Below, piece after piece: positions 25,080 through 34,789 of a stretch of 64,000 bases of DNA; position 1 is the first letter of the stretch, and each line of letters starts with the position of its first letter. The notes beneath the pieces are model-generated. The model searched no databases, had not been told where the DNA came from, and saw only the letters and a program-made list of their open reading frames with translations. Source of the stretch: Mobula hypostoma (lineage: Eukaryota); assembly GCF_963921235.1 (NCBI RefSeq), contig NC_086098.1, positions 8,680,001 through 8,744,000 of the forward strand. Direction: 5' to 3'. The position numbers and the translations under genes were made by a program.

Positions 25080-26273
25080 GCGCCTCTTCCTATAGATGCT
25101 GCTTGGCCTGCTGCGTTCACCAGCAACTTTTATGTATGTTGCTTTTTTTTCAGTGTCCTATTTGTTAACTAGCACTACACCTGGCTTATGAATTTGGCAG
25201 TCATATAAACTGAGATTATAATTCAGAACTGAATGTTGTCAGTGCTCGTGAGGATTCAGTTTATGATTGAATTACACATTCTGAAATCTTCAGAGGAAAG
25301 GTACACTGAAAAACCTCAGAACTGAGACATTCACATAGTATTCTCCTTTTCTATTGGTGGCTGAAGAATTTGAATCAAATGTAAAGTTGCAATTAAGGAT
25401 ACTCGAGCTAATAAAGTAGATAACTCTGAAAATGTAGATTTTGTTCATACTTTCTTGACATAACCTGACAAATGGAGTGATTTTTGTTTTAAAATAGCTA
25501 AAATGGTGATATACATGCCTATAAATTGGACCTTGATCATTTTTGGTGTATTAAATGAGTACTGTACATAACAGAAACACCAAATCCAAACTGTCAAAAT
25601 CAAGCTATCGTTGCTTTTAGAAATCACTGTGGGGGAATGTAACAGTGATGGCATTGGTCAAGCTCAGGCCATGTGATTAGCAGTTGCATGGAGTCTAGAT
25701 CAAAATCTACATTCATCACTTCATAGAAACTGTCTTTATAGAAGGATGCCAATACCAATCTTTTTAAAACAAAACTTCCTTTTTTGTGCATGTTAACACA
25801 TTAGGGTATCTATAATTCTTAAGTTCATACATTATTCAGTATTTTTAGCACGATGCACTTGTAGTTTTATTTCTAAGTTATTTGCAAGGACTGAAAGTCA
25901 GCACTTATTAGTTTCTGTTTCTTCTGTTAACTAAAACAAGCCACGCACATTGTTGACGAGTCTACATACACAAAATATGGTGGGGAAGTTGGATCAGCTT
26001 AGTGGAGAACCATGAGAGGTACTCCAAGATCAGTTTATTGATGGATGCAACTTCAGCATGAAGTGGTCAAAAATACTTCAAAGTGGGCACAGAATATTTT
26101 TGTCTGCAATTTATAGGCGCAGATAAATATCGATCTTCGTTACTTCACTTAAATGTCAGATTTGAATTTTAGCATTTTTTCCTTTGGTATGTATTTTCCT
26201 GAAATAAAAAAGTATCATCTCATTAGAAGACAGCAAATACATTCTGTAACATGACTGTAATTCTTTATTCCAG

Positions 26274-26319
26274 GTATGCCTTGTTATGGAATATGCAGAG
26301 GGAGGCTCCCTTTATAATG
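26274..26319 (+). CDS. MAP3K7: MAP3K7 coding exon 4, 46 nt
   Basis: Acceptor ttccag|, donor |gtaagt. Translates to VCLVMEYAEGGSLYN plus one base (gatekeeper/hinge region). Confidence 0.96.
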
Positions 26320-26624
26320 GTAAGTTGAATTGGAGTTTCAATTAGTGACTCCCAATTGGAGTGCAAACATTGTTTTGCTCATTTTTGTGATGGTTTGATA
26401 TGACTTTAAAAATGAAAAGTGTTCACAGAATTATAAAATCATAAAGAATAACCATTCTTATTTCTTTGGCATTTAGTGAATAAAACACTCCATGCCGTAG
26501 CATTGCAGACCAGAGGGTACGAAGTTTATTCTTTTATTACTTTCATTTGATGCAGAATTAGAAATCTTCCAATTGGCTTTAACACTCATAGACTAAGATG
26601 TTAAGAAAATCAACCACATTTCCA

Positions 26625-27057
26625 TAAGATATAGGAGCAGAATTAGGCCTTTTGGTCCATCAGGTCAGCTCCACCATTTCTTCATGGCTGGTACATTTCT
26701 TCTCAGCCCAATCTCCTGCCTTCCTCCACCCTCCCCCCCCCCCCACCCGTATCTCTTCATGCCCTGACCAATCAAGAATCTATCAACTTCTGCCTTAAAT
26801 ATACATAAAAACTTGGCCTCTGGTCAACGTGTCCTCTGGTCTTAGAATCTCCCACCATAGGAAACTGCCTCTCCACATCCACACTATCAAGGCCTTTCAC
26901 CATTCGATAGGTTTCAATGGGGTCACTCCTCATTCTTTTGAATTCCCGTGAGGACAGGCCCAGAGACATAAAACGCTCTTCAGATGATAAGCCATTAATC
27001 CTGAAATAATTTTTGTGAACCTCCTTTGAACCCTCTCTAATTATGGCATATCCTTTC
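26625..27057 (-). mobile_element. 3' part of a long CR1 whose remainder resumes at 40810
   Basis: ORF 26772..27089 (MRSDPIETYRMVKGLD...TRGH). The sequence breaks at atatcctttc| and continues as CR1 (aagg...ctgctcacattactccaagtgaggcc) at 40810. Confidence 0.8.
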
Positions 27058-29185
27058 TGTAATATATGGATCAGTTTCTTTTTGGGCAATGACCCTCCCC
27101 CGCCAAATTCTGTTGTGATTCATTCAAGTGCCTGATCTTGTCTGCACAAGCGCTGTTGTCTATGCATGTGTATTGTTTTCTCTGTCTCGCTGCAATGTGA
27201 ATACACCAGTTAAAGCCATCTCCTGCGTATGTGCTTTTATTTAATCAATATGTAGTTGAGCAGAGACATAACAAATTGGCGACGAGAACGCACCTGAATG
27301 TCAGACAGTATCATAAACTGCATCAACACATGAGGAACAGTGAATGATGCACTGAATTTAAAGTGAAAATAGCATGCCGATGGCTTCAGTTGGGAAAGTT
27401 GACGAATTTGATGATGCTAATGAAGACTGGGAGTCATATATCAAGGGAATTGAACTGTGTTGTAATGCGAACAAGGTAGAGGAGCAATAGAAAGCCCTGA
27501 TGCTTCTTGGCTTAATAGATGCAAGCACGTACATTTATGCAACACTCACAAAATGCTGGAGGAACTCAGCAGACCAGGCAGTAGCTTTGGAGTCGTCAGC
27601 TTTTTTTCTTCCAGTCCTGCTGAGGGTTTTGGCCCGAAACGTTGACTATACTTTTTTCAATAGATGCTGCCTGGCCTGCTGAGTTCCTCCAGCATTTTGT
27701 GTGTATTGCTCAGATTTCCAGCATCTGCAGATTTTCCCTTGTTTATGTACAGTTATGCAACTTCGTAACCCCTGAAAAGCCAGCAAGCAAGAAGTTGGAT
27801 GAAGTTGTTACAATTTTACAAAATCACTTGTAATTGTTGAGAGATTTAGATTGTACAAAAGGAACCAGTCAAAAGATGAAAATATTTCTGAATACATTAC
27901 AGAACTGTGCAAACTTTCCCAGTACTGTGACTTTAGAGATGGACTCTCTGATGCATTAAGGGGCAGGCTTGTATGTGGCATGCATGTTCAAAGCACTCAA
28001 AAGAAGCCATTATCCAAAAGAGACCTAACCTTAGAACAGACATTGACTATTGCAATATCATTAGAGACTCCAGCAAAGGATGCAGTAGAACTACAGAAAA
28101 GGAGATTAGAAAGTGAAATGCACAAAATTTCCCTAAATGGTGTAAACAGCCAGATGTGGCAAGTCCTCTCATGATGCAACTGACTGTTGGTTCAAAGAAA
28201 AAGCCTGCAAAAAGTGTCACAGGCAAGGTCACTGAGAGAGTGTGCAAGGCAAACAAAAAATACAACTGAGTGAAAGGTCTCAAACACAAAACTGAACAAA
28301 TGCATAAAGTTACCGAATGTAAAGCAAAGTCAGACAACATAGGGACTGACAGGAACTGCAGGGTTTTACTGAAGCAGATCACAGTACAGTATGGATCACA
28401 ATAGATGTGTCCGGTGTAAAACTGAAGCTGGAGCTGGATGCTTGGTCAGCTTTGTCTCAGTGATGTTAAAGACCCACACAGGCAAAAAAGTGTCTCTTAA
28501 AGGCAAACTAAAGGTAAATGTGACGTGTGGAAGCCACACACAGCAGTTAGAGCTTTATGTATTGAAAAGTGGAGGGCCATCACTTTTTGGATGTAAGTGG
28601 TTGAGAAAAATCCAACTAGACTTGATGCTCAATCAAAGCTCTCACTGTGGCGTCAACAGGCGACTGCAGTCCAAATGGTAACACTAACCAGAGGCTGTCA
28701 CAGCTGCTTAACACAAATGAGAAGGTGTTTGAGAAGGGAATAGATAAACCGATTGAAGACTTGGCCAAAAGCTATTTGGGATACCAAAAGTTCAAAATGC
28801 ACCCCGACAGGCAGTGTTATACCTGTAGAAGTGACCATCTTCGCCGCGGCAAAGAGTACCTGTTGACTTTGCTGGGCCATTCATGGACTCCATGTTCTGA
28901 TTGCTGTGGACAAATCACCTGCCAAACCCGATGCCACTCCACAGGTCCAGAGGTGGTATCCTGAAAGAAACAGAGCGCCACCCATAAGACTGAATGTTTA
29001 GAACTGCGAAGTTACTTATGGACTGGTATTGTGAAAACATGCTTACTTGGAATATGGGTTTATGAAAGGGAAATTGAATACTTTGTACTATACAGTTTTA
29101 TGTTGCATTTAATCTAAAGGGGGAGGAAATATAATGTATGGATCTATTTCTTTTAGAGCAATGACCCCCCCCCCCCGGCCCCCCA
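27058..29185 (+). mobile_element. Ty3/Gypsy LTR retrotransposon, internally deleted: 5' LTR 27058-27273, PBS 27277, gag-pro remnants, PPT, start of 3' LTR at 29130
   Basis: LTR runs TGTAAT...ATAACA, followed by PBS tggcgacgag (tRNA-Ser-like). gag reads MASVGKVDEFDDANEDWESYI and RNQSKDENISEYITEL..LSQYCDF...DALRGRLVCG. The purine tract aaagggggaggaaa precedes tataatgtatggatc, a copy of the LTR start. Confidence 0.88.
27540..27745 (+). mobile_element. Older Penelope pLTR fold-back insertion inside the Gypsy gag
   Basis: Inverted arm caacactcacaaaatgctgg..., then a direct arm with a degenerate hammerhead (CTGCTGA...GAAAcgtt) ending ttccagcatctgcaga. tttatg appears at both junctions. Confidence 0.75.
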
Positions 29186-29221
29186 GCATTACGTATTGAT
29201 CTGTTATCATTGCTGTGTTCG

Positions 29222-30503
29222 AAGAATCAGAATCAGGTTTATTATAGAAACATAGAAACATAGAAAATAGGTGCAGGAGTAGGCCATTCGGCCCTTCGAG
29301 CCTGCACCGCCATTTATTATGATCATGGCTGATCATCCAACTCAGAACCCAGCCTTCCCTCCATACCCCCTGACCCCTGTAGCCACAAGGGCCATATCTA
29401 ACTTCCTTTTAAACATAGCTAATGAACTGGCCTCAACAGTTTGCTGTGGCAGAGAATTCCACAGATTCACCACTCTCTGTGTGAAGAAGTTTTTCCTAAC
29501 CTCGGTCCTAAAAGGCTTCCCCTCTATCCTCAAACTGTGACCCCTCGTTCTAGACCTCCCCAACATCGGGAACAATCTTCCTGCATCTAGCCTGTCCAAT
29601 CCCTTTAGGATCTTATACGTTTCAATCAGATCCCCCCTCAATCTTCTAAATTCCAACGAGTACAAGCCCAGTTCATCCAGTCTTTCTTCATATGAAAGAC
29701 CTGCCATCCCAGGAATCAATCTGGTGAACCTTCTTTGTACTCCCTCTATGGCAAAGATGTCTTTCCTCAGATTAGGGGACCAAAACTGCACACAATACTC
29801 CAGGTGTGGTCTCACCGGCATGTGACGTGAAATTTGTTAACTTAGCAGCAGCAGTTCAATGCAATACATAATCCAGCAGAGAGAGAAAAAATAATAATAA
29901 TAAATAAAATAAAACATAATAATAAATAAACAAGTAAATCAATTGCATGTATTGAATAGATTTAAAAATGTGCAAAAACAGAAATACTGTACACTAAAAA
30001 AAGTGAGGTAGTGTCCAAAGCTTCAATGTGCATTTAGGAATCTGATGGCAGAAGGGAAGAAGCTGTTCCTGAATCGCTGAGTATGTGCCTTCAGGCTTCT
30101 GTACCTCCTACCTGATGATAACCATGAGAAAAGGGCATGCCCTGGGTGCTGGAGGCCCTTAATAATGGACACTGCCTTTCTGAGACACCCCTCCCTAAAG
30201 ATGTCCTGGATACTTTGTAGGCTAGTGCCCAAGATGGAGCTGACTAGATTTACAACCTTCTGCAGCTTCTTTTGGTCCTGTGCTCTAAACGCTACATATC
30301 AGACAGTGATGCAGCCTGTCAGAATGCTCTCCACGGTACAACTATAGAAGTTTTTGAATGTATTTGTTGACATGCCAAATCTCTTCAAACTCCTAATAAA
30401 GTATAGCCGCTGTCTTGCCTTCTTTATGATTACATCGATATGTTGGGACCAGGTTAGATCCTCAGCGATCTTGACACCGAGGAACTTGAAACTGCTCACT
30501 CTC
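29222..30503 (-). mobile_element. Rex1/Babar-like LINE 3' fragment containing a nested CR1 (29244-29816)
   Basis: ORF 30299..30499 FKFLGVKI..DLTW...KKARQRLYFIRSLK...ESILTGCITV. The 3' UTR tttatta|tcaccggca is split by the CR1 (ORF 29342..29821). Confidence 0.85.
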
Positions 30504-30778
30504 TAATTTTCTAATTCTACTACATCTAAGGTATTGACCGTTGCTACCCCTTATGCGCAACCTGCTCCCACTAATTCCAATAGTCTTCTCTTCCTTCTAT
30601 TTTTCACTGGTTTAAACTCACTTCTGCTTAGTTGTCTCCTGAGGAGGGAGTAAATAATCGTTCCATTGCAGGTGAGCACCATTCAGGCACCATTATTTCA
30701 GTAAGATTAAAGATTATCTGCAGATGCTGGTACCCTGGTACCAATGTGACAAATTCCCCTGTATCTTCTAACAGTATT

Positions 30779-33726
30779 GGGGAGAGTTTAAACTAGAATT
30801 GCTGGGGAGGTGAGAACAGAACTGAAGAGATGGAGGAAAGAGAGGTTGGCTCACAAATAGAGAAAGCTTGAAGACACTGTGAGAGGGAGGACAGGCAGGT
30901 GATAGAGAAGGAATGTTTTCAGACCGATGGCTTGAGATTTTAATGCAAGGAGTATGATGAACAAAGCAGGTGGGCTTCTATTTTAATGCAAGAAGTATTA
31001 TGAATAAAGTGGATGAGCTTAGAGCATGAATCAGTACTTGGGGCTATAGTGTTGTGGCCATTACAAAGGCTTGAATGGGTCAGGGGCAGGAATGGTTACT
31101 TCGAGTGCTAGGCTTTAGAAGTTTCAGAAAGGACAGGGAGGGAGGCAAAACAGGTGGGGCATGGCACTGTTGATCAGAGATAGTGTCATGGCTGCAGAAA
31201 AGGAGGAAGTCATGGACGGATTGTCTATGGAGTCTCTGTGGGTGGAAGTTAGGAACAGGAATGGGTCAATAACTCTACTGGTTGTATTTTATAGACCACC
31301 CAATAGTAACGGGGACATCAGGGAGCAGATAGGGAGACAGATTCTGGAAAAGAGTAATAACAACAGGGTTGTTGTGGGAGATTTTAATTTCCCAAATATT
31401 GATTGGCATGTCCCTAGAGCGAGGGGTTTAGATGGGGTAGAGTTTGTTAGGTGTGTTTAAGAAGGTTTCTTGACACAATATGTAGATAAGCCTACAAGAG
31501 GAGAGGCTGTACTTGATCTGGTATTGGGAAATGAACCTGGCCAGTTGTCAGGTCTCTCAGTGGGAGAGCATTTTGGAGACAGTGATCACAATTCTTTCTC
31601 CTTTACCATAGCATTGGAGAGGGATAGGAACAGACAAGTTAGGAAAATGTTCAATTGGAGTAAGGGGAACTATGAGGCTATCAGACAGGAACTTGGAAGC
31701 ATAAATTGGGAACTGATGTTCTCAGGAAAACATACGGAAGAAATGTGGGAAATGTTCAGGGGATATTTGCATGGAATTCTGCATAAGTATGTTCCAATAA
31801 GACAGGGAAAGGGTGGTAGGGTACAGGAACCATGGGATACAAAGGCTGTTGTAAATCTAGTCAAGAAGAAAATAAGAGCTTACGAAAGGTTCAAAAACCT
31901 AGGTAATGATCAAGATCTGGAAGATTATAAAGTGAGCAGGAAGGAGCTTAAGAATGAAATTAGGAGAGCCAGAGGGGCCATGAGAAGGCCTTGGCGGACA
32001 GGATTCAGGAAAACCCCAAGGCATTCTACAAGTATGTGAAGAGCAAGAGGATAAGATGTGAGAGAATAAGACCAATCAAGTGCGACAGTGGAAATGTGTG
32101 TATGGAGCTGGAGGAGACAGCAGAGGTACTTAATCAATATTTTGCTTCAGTGCTGACTACTGAAAAGAATCTTGGTGATTGTAGAGATGGCTTGCAGCAG
32201 ACTGAAAAACTTGATCATGTGGATATTATGGAAGAAGATGTGCTAGAGCTTTTGGAAAGCATCAAGTTGGATAAGTCACCAGGACCGGATGAGATGTACC
32301 CCAGGCTACTGTGGGAAGCAAGGGAAGAGATTGCTGAGCCTCTGGCGATGATCTTTGTATCATCAATGGGGACGGGAGAGGTTCTGGAGGATTGGAGGGT
32401 TGCGGATGTTGTTCCCTTATTCAAGAAAGGAAATAGGTCGTCCAGGAAATTATAGACCAGTAGGCCTTACCTCAGTGGTTGGTAAGTTGATGGAGAGGAT
32501 CCTGAGAGGCTGGATTTATGAACATTTAGAGAGGCATAATATGATTAGGAATAGTCAGCATGGCTTTGTCAAAGACATGTCATGCCTTATGAGCCTGACA
32601 GAGTTTTTTGAGGATTTGACTAAACATATTGATGAAGGTATATGGATTTCATCAAGGCATTTGATAAGGTACTGCATGCAAGGCTTATTGAGAAAGTAAG
32701 GAGGTATGGGATCCAAGGGGACATTGCTTTATGGACCCAGAACTGGGTTTGCCCACAGAAGCCAAACAGTGGCTGTAGACGGATCATATTCTGCATGGAG
32801 GTCAGTGACTAGTGGTGTGCCTCAGGGATCTGTTCTGGGACCCCTACTCTTCGTGATTTTTATAAATGACCTGGATGAAGAAGTGGAGGGATGAGTTAGA
32901 AAATTTACTGATGACACAAAGGTTGGAGGTGTTTAGATAGTGTGGAGGGCTGTCAGAGTTTACAGCGGGACAATATGATGGCAAAATATAGTATTAATGG
33001 TAAGACTCTTGGCAGTGTGGAGGATCAGAGGGATCTTGGGGTCCGAGTCCATAGGACACTCAAAGCTGCTACGCAGGTTGACTCTGTGGTTAAGAAGGCA
33101 TACAGTGCATTGGCCTTCATCAATTGTTGGATTGAGTTTAGGAGCCGAGAGGTAATGTTGCAGCTATATGAGACCCTGGTCAGACCCCACTTGGAGTACA
33201 GTGATTAGTTCTGGTCACCTCACTACAGGAAGGATGTGGAAGCTACAGAAAGAGTGCAGAGGAGATATACAAGGATGTTGCCTGGATTGGGGAGCATGCC
33301 TTATGAGAATAGGTTGAGTGAATTCGGCCTTTTCTCCTCGGTGCGACGGAGGATGAGAGGTGACCTGACAGAGGTGTATAAGATGATGAGAGGCATTGAT
33401 CATGTGGATTGTCAGAGGCTTTTTCCCAGGACTGAAATGGCTAGCACGAGAGGGCAAAGTTTTAGGATGCCTGGAAGTAGGTACAGAGGAGATGTTGGGT
33501 AAGTTTTTTACGCCGAGAGTGGTGAGTGCGTGGAATGGGCTGCCGATGACAGTGGTGGAGGCGAATATGATAGGGTATTTTGAGAAACTCCTGGATAGGT
33601 ACATGGAGCTTAGAAAAATAGAAGGCTATAGGTAACCCTAGGTAATTTCTAAGGTAAGGACATGTTCGGCACAGCATTGTGGGCAAAAGGGCCCGTATTG
33701 TGCTGTAGGTTTTCTATGTTTTTAAT
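30779..33726 (+). mobile_element. CR1 LINE, nearly complete ORF2 (APE endonuclease plus RT), degraded; inserted into ERV env
   Basis: Endonuclease motifs VFYRPPN, VVVGDFNFP, LDLVL and SDHN; RT motifs KSPGPD, NYRPV and [13 protein letters not shown]; tttctatgtt tail. Confidence 0.93.
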
Positions 33727-34459
33727 AATCCGACCCCGTTTGTGTTATGCTGAGTTACTACATTTTGCGCTGGTTTAGTTTTAGGTAATTGGGGTTGTGG
33801 AGTCAATTTTCTGGTAGTTTTGGAAAACCTGAAAGAGCCCTGACAGAAGCTCTTACCCATGTCCCTTAGTGTCCTTTCCATTCTACTCTCCCTATGTACT
33901 ATATCCTCCTGTGAACAGTTTATCACAATAGAAGCAACCTTCGAGAAGCACTTGATGTGACCACCCCAATCAATACGTCTCTTGTGTAGATCACTTGCCC
34001 ACTCAATATTCACATGAGTCTAATTCCACAGAACTGTAATCTTACCATGGCCATGGCCATTATCACCTGAAGGTTGCTCAATAATTAGGTCTAAAACTAA
34101 CTTACGATTATCCGATCTGGGTTACTAAACAATGTCACCTCTAGAATTTTATTACATAGGAATTGTACCTTTGTAGCCTCTGGAATATTTAAGGTTTTAT
34201 CCATGCACATCAAACCATCTGCTTCAGCGAAATGCAAATTCAGATCATTTATTTCTCCCACATGTGCCTTTATTGCCTGTGTCCAGTGAGAAAAATTATT
34301 CTTGATTACTGAATGTTCTTCATAAAATGAAGTCATTGTTGACACGTCCGTCTGTTTTTTTTTAACCCATCCAGTCTAGGCTCCCAGTTGTCTTTGGACT
34401 CAAGCCACCTTTCTTTACAAGTTTTTTTACAAAACTCCACTGAGAAAATGGAAAAACTC

Positions 34460-34659
34460 AAAATATCCGAACCTGCTTCTCAGTTTTTTTGCACTACCTT
34501 ATTTTCCCTTTTCTATTTTCTATTTATGACTTATAATTTAAATTTTTAATACTTACTATCGATTTGTACTCCAGGGAGCACGAAGAGCAGAATCAAATAT
34601 CTCTGTGATGATTGTACGCTCTGGTATCAATTGTTTGGTGACAATAACGTATAAATTAT
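34460..34659 (+). mobile_element. 200-bp retroposon 3' fragment inserted in the ERV
   Basis: 6-bp TSD aaactc at 34454-34459 and 34660-34665; AT-rich tail. Confidence 0.6.
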
Positions 34660-34789
34660 AAACTCTTTGGTCAGATCTGTTGCCATCTTCTTGGAACAGC
34701 TTTTCTATCTTCAAATCTTCCAAATCAGAACTACCATGTGCATCGATTGTCAAGTCTCCAAAATTGGAACCATTATGTACATTAATTGT

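Larger units (their letters stand above)
21300..25144 (+). mobile_element. Full-length Penelope-like element (Neptune-type) with direct pseudo-LTRs
   Basis: Direct repeats at 21300-21628 and 24816-25144 differ at only a few positions and flank one uninterrupted ORF; each repeat carries a hammerhead. Confidence 0.95.

Noticed and set aside
21295..25150. Target-site duplication of the full-length Penelope element
   Set aside because: Only cttttt is shared (21300 and 25142) and it overlaps element sequence, so it is ambiguous.
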